Positions 40,401 to 49,658 of a stretch of 64,000 bases of DNA are shown in pieces (positions within the stretch are counted from its first letter, which is position 1; each line of letters starts with the position of its first letter). This DNA is from Alkalispirochaeta sp. GTDB lineage: Bacteria > Spirochaetota > Spirochaetia > DSM-27196 > Alkalispirochaetaceae. Below the pieces are notes generated by a model. The model was not told the origin of the DNA. It did no database searches and worked only from the letters and a program-made list of their open reading frames with translations. The position numbers and the translations under genes were made by a program. Where the stretch lies: the NCBI GenBank assembly GCA_965601925.1, contig OZ271854.1:4000001-4064000 (forward strand), written 5' to 3'.

Positions 40401-42338
40401 ATGCGCTGGCGTGATTTATCGGTCGCGATCAAACTTTCCGTAGGTTTCGGTCTGGTTCTGGTTCTCCTTATCGGCTCTGCGATATGGGCGGTGTTCGGCG
40501 TCACCGACATCGTGGGTAACGCAGAGGAGGTCATTCGCGGAAACAGACTTCGCGGCGATCTCATCTCGCGGGAGGTCGACCATCTCAATTGGGCCAACGG
40601 ACTCAATACATTTATCACGAACGAAGATATACACGAGCTTTCCGTTGAAACAGACCCAACTCAGTGTATGTTCGGTCGTTGGTACTACAGTCAGGAGCGC
40701 CGCAATCTCGAGGAGGCGATTCCGGAGTTGACGCCGATTTTGGCGGCGATTGAGGAGCCCCACAATGCACTCCACGCGAGTGCGGTCAACGTCCGGGAGC
40801 ACTATCGGCACTTCGACGTCGAACTCGGAAGCTTTTTGAGAGACGCACGCGGCGAGCATCTTCTTTTGCGCTCAACGGTCGCGGAGGCGCTCGTCGACTC
40901 GCAAGTCTCTATCGCGGAGCTTCCCGTTGACCACCGGAGTAGCGCGCTGGGGCGGTGGCTCTACTCCGCGGAAGCCGAGGCGCTTCGCATCTCGGACTCG
41001 CAGTTCGGCGCGATTTACGACGGCATTATGGAGCCTCACGAGGCACTTCACACGGCGCTGCGGGAGCTCGTCGAGCTTCGACAGACCGATATTGCGGCGG
41101 CGCAGGCGGTCTATCGTTCTTCGATCGTGCCGACTCTTGAAGCGACCCTCACCGGACTCGAACGATTTATCGAGTGGCACGATGCGAACGAGGAAGAGAT
41201 GCGAATCGCACGCGAGATCTTCTTCCGTGAGACCGTGCCGGCGCTTGAGACGATGCAGCGCTACCTCGGAGAACTGCGCGAGGTGAGCGCCCGAAATATG
41301 TTGACCGATGAAGCGATGCAAAGCGCTGCAATCGGCACGCGGCGCAGCGTCGTGTGGTTGGGTCTGGTCGCCATTGTCGTCGGTGTCGTTGCGACGATCG
41401 TTATCACGCGAGCCATCACCATTCCGATTAAGCTCGGCCTTACGGAGGTGAGTCGAGTCGCCCGCGGAGATCTGTCGGCGGAGATATCGGTCTCGGGCAG
41501 AGACGAGACGGGACGACTCGCGTCACAGATGAACTCAATGATACGACAGCTGCGCGAGGTCGTGACATCGATTCGATACGCGGCCGACGGTGTGCTCAGC
41601 GGCAGCAAACAAGTCTCGGATATGAGTACGCAAATGTCCGAAGGTACCACCGAGCAGGCGGCGAGCACGGAGGAGGTGTCGGCTTCGATGGAGGAGATGG
41701 CCTCGACGATTCGCTCGAACGCCGATAACGCCGGCGAGACGCGACGTATTGCAGCGTCGGCGGCCGCCGACGCCGATGAGAGCGCTGCGTCGGTGGAAGA
41801 TGCGGTAAAGGCGATGCAGTCGATCGCCGAGAAAATCACCGTTATCGAGGAGATCGCGCGCAACACGAATCTACTGGCGCTCAACGCCGCGATTGAGGCG
41901 GCACGTGCCGGAGAACACGGCGCCGGGTTTGCGATCGTCGCCGTTGAGATACGTAGACTGGCCGAGCGCAGCCAAGACGCGGCGGCGGAGATCGTCGAGT
42001 TGGCTCATACCAGCACCGCCCTTTCGGAGGATGCACGCAATCGTATCCGTACATTGACGCCGTCTATCAAAAGAACCGCGGAACTCGTGAGCGAGATTGC
42101 GGAGGCCTGTAAGGAACAAGATACGGGCGCGCGACAAGTCAACGATTCGCTGATTCAACTCGACAGCGTCGTCCAGCGCAACGCAGCGGCGGCGGAGGAA
42201 GCGTCGGCAATGGCCGAGGAACTCTCTTCGCAGGCGGTCGCGATGAACGAGAGTCTACAGTTCTTTCAGACCGATTCGTCGTCGGTTTCTTCGGTAGGCG
42301 AGCAACGCCTGCTCACCGGCCCCGATACCGAAGAGTAG
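40401..42338 (+). CDS. Methyl-accepting chemotaxis protein with two CZB-like domains between its TM helices
   Basis: HLNW...[12 protein letters not shown]...EPHNALH (CZB); second copy EHLL...[11 protein letters not shown]...EPHEALH; HAMP (GRDETGRLA); [24 protein letters not shown]. Confidence 0.92.
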   Translation: MRWRDLSVAIKLSVGFGLVLVLLIGSAIWAVFGVTDIVGNAEEVIRGNRLRGDLISREVDHLNWANGLNTFITNEDIHELSVETDPTQCMFGRWYYSQERRNLEEAIPELTPILAAIEEPHNALHASAVNVREHYRHFDVELGSFLRDARGEHLLLRSTVAEALVDSQVSIAELPVDHRSSALGRWLYSAEAEALRISDSQFGAIYDGIMEPHEALHTALRELVELRQTDIAAAQAVYRSSIVPTLEATLTGLERFIEWHDANEEEMRIAREIFFRETVPALETMQRYLGELREVSARNMLTDEAMQSAAIGTRRSVVWLGLVAIVVGVVATIVITRAITIPIKLGLTEVSRVARGDLSAEISVSGRDETGRLASQMNSMIRQLREVVTSIRYAADGVLSGSKQVSDMSTQMSEGTTEQAASTEEVSASMEEMASTIRSNADNAGETRRIAASAAADADESAASVEDAVKAMQSIAEKITVIEEIARNTNLLALNAAIEAARAGEHGAGFAIVAVEIRRLAERSQDAAAEIVELAHTSTALSEDARNRIRTLTPSIKRTAELVSEIAEACKEQDTGARQVNDSLIQLDSVVQRNAAAAEEASAMAEELSSQAVAMNESLQFFQTDSSSVSSVGEQRLLTGPDTEE

Positions 42339-42416
42339 GAGCAAACGACCGACCGACATCGACTTCCGCCGGTGTGTCGCGGCGTGTGAATCGTCTCTTT
42401 GAGTCGTGACGACACG

Positions 42417-42446
42417 TTGACCGGCATCTTGCGAGGAAGCTATGAT
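42417..42446 (+). promoter_or_regulatory. Sigma70-type promoter of tRNA-Leu
   Basis: TTGACC-18 nt-TATGAT. Confidence 0.55.
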
Positions 42447-42465
42447 GGCCGTCACAACAACGACA

Positions 42466-42549
42466 GCCGGAGTGGTGGAATTGGTAGACACAGGGGACTT
42501 AAAATCCCCTGGCCGCAAGGCCGTACGGGTTCAAGTCCCGTCTCCGGTA
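42466..42549 (+). tRNA. tRNA-Leu (anticodon TAA)
   Basis: Acceptor GCCGGAG/CTCCGGT-A, anticodon arm GGGGA-CTTAAAA-TCCCC, long variable arm GGCC-GCAA-GGCC, T-loop GGTTCAAGTCC. CCA not encoded. Confidence 0.97.
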
Positions 42550-42950
42550 GAAGCACGCCTTTAGATGCTACAGCTTATCATCGTGTACAGCGGTGGGACT
42601 TGAACCGTGGCGCGCGGATGCTTGCATCCGCTGGGGCAGCAGCGATTGTCTGCAATCGCGAGAGCCCTCAAGTCCCGTCTCCGGTATAGCGTGACTTACG
42701 TGAGACGTGGCTTTCACTCTATATAGGCGCAGGGATTTGAACCGTGGTCTGCGGATGCTCGCATCCGCTGGGGCGGCAGCGATTGCTTGCAATCGCGAGA
42801 GCCTTCAAGTCCCGTCTCCGGTAGAAGCACGCCTTTAGATGCTACAGCTTCCCATCGTGTACAAGTGTGGGACTTGAACCGAAGGTACGCGGATGGCCGC
42901 ATCCGCGGGGGCGGCAGCGATTGCCTGCAATCGCGAGAGCGGAAACGGGT
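42531..42950 (+). repeat. tRNA-linked tandem array, 137-bp period, about 3 units
   Basis: TCAAGTCCCGTCTCCGGTA at 42531, 42668 and 42805. Constant blocks 42595-42686, 42732-42823 and 42869-~42950. Variable 45-nt segments between them. Confidence 0.92.
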
Positions 42951-42982
42951 AGAGTTCGCTGGGCGCGATGTGTCGCTTCCAA

Positions 42983-43189
42983 TTACCGCGGGTGTGTGTA
43001 CCGCGGTGAGGATTGCGACCCGTCCCACACGCGACGCGCCTCGGTCTCGGCGTCGGCGAGCGCGTTGGCCGCCGCAATGCGCTCGTACAGCGCTCGACGC
43101 GCCTTTTTGCGATCGTCGTCGTTGTATACAACCAAGGAGCCGCCGGCACCCGCACGACGACGTGCAACGGATCTCATCTCATCGGTCAT
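42983..43189 (-). CDS. Small hypothetical protein (68 aa)
   Basis: Strong SD AAGGAGGGGAG directly before the ATG. Helical, charged sequence. Divergent from the Crp/Fnr gene. Confidence 0.5.
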   Translation of the reverse strand: MTDEMRSVARRRAGAGGSLVVYNDDDRKKARRALYERIAAANALADAETEARRVWDGSQSSPRYTHPR

Positions 43190-43251
43190 AGCTCCCCTCC
43201 TTACTGTGGTGTCATCATCGTCACTACGGTACCCCTGCTCGGAATCGACTT

Positions 43252-43269
43252 CCAGGACATATGTCCTGG
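43252..43269. promoter_or_regulatory. Perfect 18-bp palindrome, candidate operator
   Basis: CCAGGACATATGTCCTGG lies in the divergent intergenic region before the Crp/Fnr regulator. Confidence 0.65.
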
Positions 43270-43318
43270 GACGCCTAAATTACGAGCGTTACAATGGTAG
43301 GTAGAGAGGGGTCGACTC

Positions 43319-43990
43319 ATGGAATCGGAACACGCGAACGCCGTGATACGGCATTACGTTTCAATGTTTGAAATGGAGCGCTTTCTCAACGACGATCTCT
43401 TGAAGAGCCTGAGGCTCTTTACCTTTCCCGCGTATAGCGTGGTCTTCGCCGAGTGCTCCGAGTTGCGCTATCTGTACTTTCTGGTGGAGGGACAGGTTCA
43501 GTGCTCTCACTACCACATGAACGGAAAACTCGCGGTGATCGCGCTCTCCACTCCGTTCTCCGCTATGGGAGACCTCGAGATACTGAGTGAGAAGCGCGTA
43601 AACAGCAACGTCATCGCAACGCAGAAGACGACGATGCTGGGCATCGCCGTCTCCACGGTGCAACGGTACGGCGCCGACGATCCGCGATTTCTGCGTTTTC
43701 TCATCGACCAGCTGCGAGAGAAGATTTACAACAGCAACTCCTTGCAAACGAGCACCGTACTCCCGGTGGCGAGTCGCCTCGCGCTGTACATCTTATCGCG
43801 CCCGGTATCGACGGGCGGCGATACGATCACCCTCCCCGATAAAGAGAGTCTGGCGTCGCTCTTGGGGACGACGCATCGGCACCTGAATCGTGTCATCGGC
43901 GATCTGGTCTCCGCCGGCGGTATCGGTGACGCATATCCGGCGGTACGAGTCATCGACCGTTCGACGCTGGTAGAGCTTGTCGAACGGTGA
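43319..43990 (+). CDS. Crp/Fnr-family transcriptional regulator (YeiL-like)
   Basis: YLYFLVEG...NGK...MGDLE cNMP-like domain; HTH LASLLGTTHRHLNRVI. Confidence 0.88.
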   Translation: MESEHANAVIRHYVSMFEMERFLNDDLLKSLRLFTFPAYSVVFAECSELRYLYFLVEGQVQCSHYHMNGKLAVIALSTPFSAMGDLEILSEKRVNSNVIATQKTTMLGIAVSTVQRYGADDPRFLRFLIDQLREKIYNSNSLQTSTVLPVASRLALYILSRPVSTGGDTITLPDKESLASLLGTTHRHLNRVIGDLVSAGGIGDAYPAVRVIDRSTLVELVER

Positions 43991-44161
43991 AGCTGTGTCC
44001 GTTCGGTGAAACTCGCCTCTGGTTCTCTCAGATCGAAGTCACGGAAACGGCAATCTCGCTCGCCGAGTGTCAAAAAGAGGCGTGGCTACACGTGCTCGCA
44101 ACGGCTCGTCTCCAACTCAAATCCCATTCGGTTACGGCGATGCACCGATGGCATATCCACT

Positions 44162-45670
44162 TTAGGAGGCGTAAAACGCGCGCATATCCTCGAAAAACGC
44201 AACTCGACTCGCGTCCCATGTGTAGAACATATGGCCGCCGTCATAGTGCTTCACGGTAAGCTTTGCTCTCTGGTCGGGCGTCAGCTTCATCAGGTTCGTA
44301 ATGCGATCGGTAGCGAAATACGGCGTAACCAGGTCGAAGATCCCGTGACAGAGCCACACCTTCATGTCGGAGTTGAGGCTCATGCCGTACCGGAGGTCGT
44401 CGGTCGCTCCGACCTGCGTCTCCAATGCGTGCGTTCGCGTATCCACCTTCCAACTTCGGTTGACGGTGTGGCTGAGCAGATTGTAGTCGCGGTCGGTCTC
44501 GAGTCCGATCGTGGTGCGCAGTTGCGTGTTAATCCCCGAAGCGAAGACGCGATCGACCTGGTGCAGCGTCGGATCGGGACCGTTGTACTCGTCACGGTCG
44601 GGATACGGATCGGTTACCGTACGGGATGCGTCGTACAGGCCGAGATGGAGGCGCTCGGGTCGCCGCAAGTTCTTTACAAAGTAGAGAATGTCGACCTTAC
44701 CGTTCTTTGCGATCACCACGTCGCGGCTTAAACCGATGAAATCCGCCGCGCGTCGGAGGATGCGCACTTTCGCCTCCTCGCCGTACAGATCACCGGTCGC
44801 GAGAATCGGAAGCAGCTCACGTACGCCGAAGGTCGCCGCCCGCTCCATGTAATCACGGAGTCCCTCCGACGGCCGAAGCTTGCGCGCCTTCCCGTGTTGG
44901 AAAGCGGCGGCGGCCATCGTCGGAAAGGTATCGAGCCACATGAGCGTGTCGTAGTCCGATCCGTTCAGCAGGGTGAACTCCAGCGCCGGCGATATGATCA
45001 CCGCACCGGCGAGACCGACGCCGTATTCCTGTTGTGCCATGCGTGTTAGTTTGGCGGCGCGAAAGCCTCCGTAGCTCTCACCGGCGACGTAGACCGCACT
45101 CTCCCACCGGTGATGAGTGGAGAGGAAGGTGCGCATGAACTCGCACAACGACTCCAGGTCACGCTTCACCTGCCAGTATTCCGACCGTTCCTCCTCCGTC
45201 TCGTCCTTCTGCGTTCGATCGTCCGATTCGCTCTGCGACCGCTTCTCGTCGTTCTCTTCGATCATACGACTGAAGCCGGTACCCACCGGATCGACGAAGA
45301 CGAGATCGGTGAACTCCAGCCAGCTTTCCCGGTTGTCGACAAGGGTAAACGGCGGGGGTGGAGCGCCTCCGTACTCGGTAAACTGCGCGCGCCGCGGGCC
45401 GACCGCCCCGAGATGCAGATACACCGAGGAGGCGCCGGGTCCACCGTTGAAGACGAAGGTGATCGGACGCGCCGCGGCCTCGTCGCGTCCCTCCGCGATG
45501 TACGCGACGTAAAAGATCTCCGCCTTCGGCTTCTCGCGCTTGCGTAGTACCAACCAGTCGGCATGCGCGGTGTAGCTCAATCGACCGTCGCGATGGACGA
45601 TTGCAAGCTGCTTACGCGCGCCGCTCGGCGGCGTGTACACCGAACTCTTTTCACTCTCTTGACTCGCCAT
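44162..45670 (-). CDS. Serine carboxypeptidase (peptidase S10)
   Basis: FVFNGGPGASS, DLVFVDPVGTGFS, GESYGG, DLVTP and YDGGHMFY. Confidence 0.93.
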   Translation of the reverse strand: MASQESEKSSVYTPPSGARKQLAIVHRDGRLSYTAHADWLVLRKREKPKAEIFYVAYIAEGRDEAAARPITFVFNGGPGASSVYLHLGAVGPRRAQFTEYGGAPPPPFTLVDNRESWLEFTDLVFVDPVGTGFSRMIEENDEKRSQSESDDRTQKDETEEERSEYWQVKRDLESLCEFMRTFLSTHHRWESAVYVAGESYGGFRAAKLTRMAQQEYGVGLAGAVIISPALEFTLLNGSDYDTLMWLDTFPTMAAAAFQHGKARKLRPSEGLRDYMERAATFGVRELLPILATGDLYGEEAKVRILRRAADFIGLSRDVVIAKNGKVDILYFVKNLRRPERLHLGLYDASRTVTDPYPDRDEYNGPDPTLHQVDRVFASGINTQLRTTIGLETDRDYNLLSHTVNRSWKVDTRTHALETQVGATDDLRYGMSLNSDMKVWLCHGIFDLVTPYFATDRITNLMKLTPDQRAKLTVKHYDGGHMFYTWDASRVAFFEDMRAFYAS

Positions 45671-45850
45671 TGTATGTTCAGACTATGCGCTATTTTCGAT
45701 CGAGACAACGGTACGGACGATATCGGCGGAACGTAGTACTGCCGGCGTCATACTCCGTGCAATTGCGGTCGGCGACCGATATTCGGTATAACTGAGGCTA
45801 AGGCGCTCAATATCGCCGCGCCGTCACGCCCTATAGAAGGAGTCCCGAAG

Positions 45851-47539
45851 ATGTCCGCACCAACGCTTATCACCCGCCTGAGGCCGTCGAACATCCGCGC
45901 CGACATCTTCGGCGGCGTAACGACCGCCGTCGTCTCGCTGCCTATGGCGTTAACCTTCGGGGTGACCTCAGGAGCCGGGGCTGAGGCGGGGCTCTACGGC
46001 GCGGTTCTGGTCGGACTCTTTGCCGCGATATTCGGCGGTACGTCGACATTAATATCCGAGCCGACCGGTCCCATGACGGTGGTCATGACGGCGGTAATCA
46101 CGCGGTTAGTCGCGACCAATCCGGAGCACGGACTCGCCATGGCGTTCACCACCGTGATGGTCGCCGGGCTGGTCCAAATCGCATTCGGTGTTCTGAAGTT
46201 GGGCCGCTATATCACGATGATGCCTTACAGCGTCGTTTCGGGATTTATGTCGGGCATCGGTGTCCTGTTGGTCTTTACGCAAGTCGGACCGTTGTTGGGG
46301 CAGAGCGCACCGGCGGGCGGCGCCATCGGTGTGATTCGCGCGTTGCCTACGCTGATTGCCCAAGCGCACCCATCGGAGATGGTCCTTGCGGCGATAGCGC
46401 TGTTCATTCTCTTTGCCGTACCTCGCAGGGTGCGCCGATTCGTGCCGCCGCAACTGCTGGCGCTGACGCTCGGCACCATCATCGCGATCATAGCCTTTGA
46501 TCGATCGGGCATCCGTACGATCGGCGCGATTCCGACGGGTCTGCCTCGCCTTGTCCTCCCGACATTTACCGGTGGACAAGCGACTCAGATCGTTCTCGAC
46601 GGCGTCATTCTCGGGCTTTTGGGATGTATCGATTCGCTCCTTACCGCAATGATTGCCGACAGTCTCACGCGTGAACACCACGATTCCAATCGCGAGCTCA
46701 TCGGTCAGGGTATCGGCAACCTGGTATCCGGGCTCTTCGGCGGTCTACCGGGGGCGGGTGCGACGATGGGAACGGTCGTCAACGTTCAAACCGGCGCGCG
46801 AAGTCCTCTGGCGGCGGTAATTCGTTCGATCATTCTCTTGGCGGTTGCCGCAGCCGTAGCGCCCCTTCTCAGTGTGATACCGATGACCGTTCTCGCCGCG
46901 ATCGCCGTGAAAGTCGGAGTCGATATCCTCGACTGGAGCTTCCTCGGCCGTGCGCATCGCATATCGGTAAATGCCACGGTCGTCATGTATTGCGTCATGG
47001 TACTGACCGTTCTCGTGGACTTGATTGTAGCGGTGGGGGTCGGCGTCTTCATCGCCAATATTCTCACTATCGAGCGACTCTCGAAACTTCCTTCCACGCG
47101 TGTCAAAGCGATCGACCCCAGCGGCGAGGCGGTCGTGATGAGTCGCGAAGAACGTTCCCTCTTGGAGCGCGCGCGCGGACGGGTGGTGTTGTTCCATCTC
47201 AGCGGTCCCATGATCTTCGGTGTCGCCCAAGCGATTGCGCGGGAGAGCGCCGCCATGGACTCGAATGCGGAGGTGTTGATCATCGATGTGGCCGAAATTT
47301 CGATGCTGGGCACGACCGTCGCCCTCGCGTTGGAAAACGTCATTCGCGACGCTCGTGGGGCCGGGAAAACGGTCATCGTCGCCGGGTCGTCAGACGAGGT
47401 GTACCGGCGCCTGGTACGGCTCGACGTTCTCGAAGATGGGGTCCGTCTCGCGTCCGATCGCCGCCGCGCCCTCACCGAAGCGCTCGATGTCGTTGCCGAT
47501 ACGGTTCGTGCTTCGTTTTCAGGTACCATCGAGGAGTAA
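45851..47539 (+). CDS. SulP-family anion transporter with STAS domain (BicA-like)
   Basis: DIFGGVTTAVVSLPMAL, ISEPTGPMTV, NRELIGQGIGN, GAGATMGT and a STAS domain (LSGPMIFG). Confidence 0.93.
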   Translation: MSAPTLITRLRPSNIRADIFGGVTTAVVSLPMALTFGVTSGAGAEAGLYGAVLVGLFAAIFGGTSTLISEPTGPMTVVMTAVITRLVATNPEHGLAMAFTTVMVAGLVQIAFGVLKLGRYITMMPYSVVSGFMSGIGVLLVFTQVGPLLGQSAPAGGAIGVIRALPTLIAQAHPSEMVLAAIALFILFAVPRRVRRFVPPQLLALTLGTIIAIIAFDRSGIRTIGAIPTGLPRLVLPTFTGGQATQIVLDGVILGLLGCIDSLLTAMIADSLTREHHDSNRELIGQGIGNLVSGLFGGLPGAGATMGTVVNVQTGARSPLAAVIRSIILLAVAAAVAPLLSVIPMTVLAAIAVKVGVDILDWSFLGRAHRISVNATVVMYCVMVLTVLVDLIVAVGVGVFIANILTIERLSKLPSTRVKAIDPSGEAVVMSREERSLLERARGRVVLFHLSGPMIFGVAQAIARESAAMDSNAEVLIIDVAEISMLGTTVALALENVIRDARGAGKTVIVAGSSDEVYRRLVRLDVLEDGVRLASDRRRALTEALDVVADTVRASFSGTIEE

Positions 47540-47553
47540 TCCTCGAGACGGTT

Positions 47554-49395
47554 TCATTCGTTCTCGGTGACGAACGCCTGTACCTCCCCCAGGAACGTCT
47601 CGGCGTACCGCTCGAGTTTGCGCATTCCCACGCCGTGACACTCCATAAGCGCCGCCTCGTCGGATGGACGCGTCTCGGCAATCTCGCGAAGCGTGCGGTC
47701 GCTGAAAATGACGTACGGCGGCACGCGTTGCTCCCGCGCGAGACGTAGTCGCACCTCCCGTAAGCGATCGAACAGGGCCGCCCCTTCCTCCGAGAGGGCG
47801 CCCTCAACCGTGCGCTTCGCCGCGGATTTCGGGCGCGACGATCGGCGGCTTTCCGCCCTCCGTGCGGCGACAAACGGCTCCTCTCCGGCGAGCACTGCAC
47901 GCCCGTCACGCGTAATCGCCAGTCCCGAACGGACGCCGCCCTCGCGAGCGAGGAGTCCGCCGCCTTCCAGGTCCCGCAAGAGAGAGAGCCACCACCCTTT
48001 ATCGCGATCGGAACCGACGCCGAAGGTCGGCAGAGCGTGGTGTCCCATGCCGGTGACTCGGTCGGTCGCGTTACCGCAGACGATGTCGGCCAAATGGTGC
48101 GCCCCGAATCGCTGACCGGTCCGATACGCTGCGGACAGAATCTTCTGCGCCGCGACCGTAAGATCCTCCATGACTACTTTCCCGGTGCATACATCGCAGT
48201 TGCCGCACCCTCCGGGATGCTCCTCGCCGAAGTGCGCCAATAGAAGCTTGCGACGGCAGATACCCGAATCGGCGTAGCGCAACACCTCCCGCAGTTGCTC
48301 CTCGGCGCGCTCCCGTTCGTCGCCGTCACGCATCCGCTCGATGTGATATCGAATCGAGGCGATATCGCCCGGTCCGTATAGGAGCAGCGTTTCGGCCGGC
48401 TCTCCATCGCGGGCGGCGCGTCCGGTCTCCTGATAATACGCCTCCAAGCTCCGGGGAAGATCGCCGTGGACGATCCAACGCACATTCGATTTGTCGATCC
48501 CCATGCCGAAGGCGATGGTCGCGACAACGACGTCTACCTCGTCGCGAACGAACGCCTCCTGTCGCCGCGCCCGCGTCGAGGCGTCGAGTCCCGCGTGGTA
48601 TGCAACGGCTCGCACTCCGCGTTCGGTCAGCTTCGCGGCGGTGCGTTCCGTCGATTTGCGCGTCGAGCGATAGACGATCCCCGGCTCGCCGCGGTGATTC
48701 CGAACAAAGTCGAAAATCTGGTTCTCGACGCCCGTTTTGGGAATCACGGCGTACGATATCTCGCGGCGATCGAAACTTGATCGTACCTCAAGGGGGTCGT
48801 GAAGGTGCAGCTGAGAGATGACGTCCCGTTGTACCGCACCGGTCGCCGTGGCGGTGAAGGCGGCGATCGGCGTATCGGGAAACGCGTGCCGCAGCTCGCC
48901 GAGGGAGCGATACTCGGGTCGGAACTCATGTCCCCACTCCGATATACAGTGCGCCTCGTCCACGGCGAACAACTCGATTTCGAGACGCGCCAACTCATCG
49001 CGAAACCACGGTTGCGCGAGACGTTCCGGCGATACGTACAGTAACCGTACCGCGCCGCGTTCAATATCGCGCCACGTACGCTGCGCATCGCCGCGGTCGA
49101 GAGAGCTATTGAGAAAGGCGGCGGCTACCCCGTTTTCGCGCGCGCCGTCCACTTGATCCTTCATGAGTGCGATAAGAGGACTGACGACAACGGTGATGCC
49201 GGTCATCAAAAGGGCCGGCAACTGATAACACAACGACTTGCCGCCTCCCGTTGGAAGTGCGGCAAAGACGTCCCGCCCTTCCAGTATCGCGCGCACGATA
49301 TCCTCTTGATAGGGACGAAACGCGGAGAATCCAAAATGCATTTTGAGCGCCGCCGCGAGGGTGGCGGGAGTGAACTCGTTCATCGGTGCTTCCAT
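47554..49395 (-). CDS. recQ: DNA helicase RecQ
   Basis: PTGGGKSLCYQLP, VDEAHCISEWGHEFRP, ATIAFGMGIDK, YYQETGRA, Zn-binding CRR...CGNCDVC, RQC and HRDC (VPPYVIFSDRTL). Confidence 0.97.
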   Translation of the reverse strand: MEAPMNEFTPATLAAALKMHFGFSAFRPYQEDIVRAILEGRDVFAALPTGGGKSLCYQLPALLMTGITVVVSPLIALMKDQVDGARENGVAAAFLNSSLDRGDAQRTWRDIERGAVRLLYVSPERLAQPWFRDELARLEIELFAVDEAHCISEWGHEFRPEYRSLGELRHAFPDTPIAAFTATATGAVQRDVISQLHLHDPLEVRSSFDRREISYAVIPKTGVENQIFDFVRNHRGEPGIVYRSTRKSTERTAAKLTERGVRAVAYHAGLDASTRARRQEAFVRDEVDVVVATIAFGMGIDKSNVRWIVHGDLPRSLEAYYQETGRAARDGEPAETLLLYGPGDIASIRYHIERMRDGDERERAEEQLREVLRYADSGICRRKLLLAHFGEEHPGGCGNCDVCTGKVVMEDLTVAAQKILSAAYRTGQRFGAHHLADIVCGNATDRVTGMGHHALPTFGVGSDRDKGWWLSLLRDLEGGGLLAREGGVRSGLAITRDGRAVLAGEEPFVAARRAESRRSSRPKSAAKRTVEGALSEEGAALFDRLREVRLRLAREQRVPPYVIFSDRTLREIAETRPSDEAALMECHGVGMRKLERYAETFLGEVQAFVTENE

Positions 49396-49658
49396 TGCCT
49401 ACCTTCGGACTATACTCAAGATACGCTGTTCATCGGAATGCCGCTTGACGTTTTTCGGCAAAGAGGATGCGCGAGCGACTCACCGCCACCCGCGCTTCTC
49501 CCCACACGGCGTTTCCGGACCGGCCCCGCGTCGCTACAACACCCTGGTAACGAAATAGCGTGAACCGTGAAAGAACGCGGCGTATCGTCGCTCTCCGGCG
49601 CCGTTGACGTATTCCAGGACCCATATGACAATAACGGTCAAGATTAGGGAGGCGGACG

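Noticed and set aside
38304..42465. Genomic island between tRNA-Val and tRNA-Leu
   Set aside because: No integrase, no duplicated tRNA-Val 3' end was found, and composition looks host-like.
42531..42950. CRISPR array interpretation of the repeat/spacer pattern
   Set aside because: The constant block is ~92 nt (CRISPR repeats are typically 23-50 nt) and includes the tRNA 3' end. Two of three 'spacers' are near-identical, and no cas genes are in the window.
40242..45770. CCG(C/T)GCAATTGCGG palindrome upstream of both the CZB chemoreceptor (~40242) and SulP (~45755)
   Set aside because: It is short, and the GCAATTGC core also occurs inside coding regions. Two copies are not enough to call an operator.
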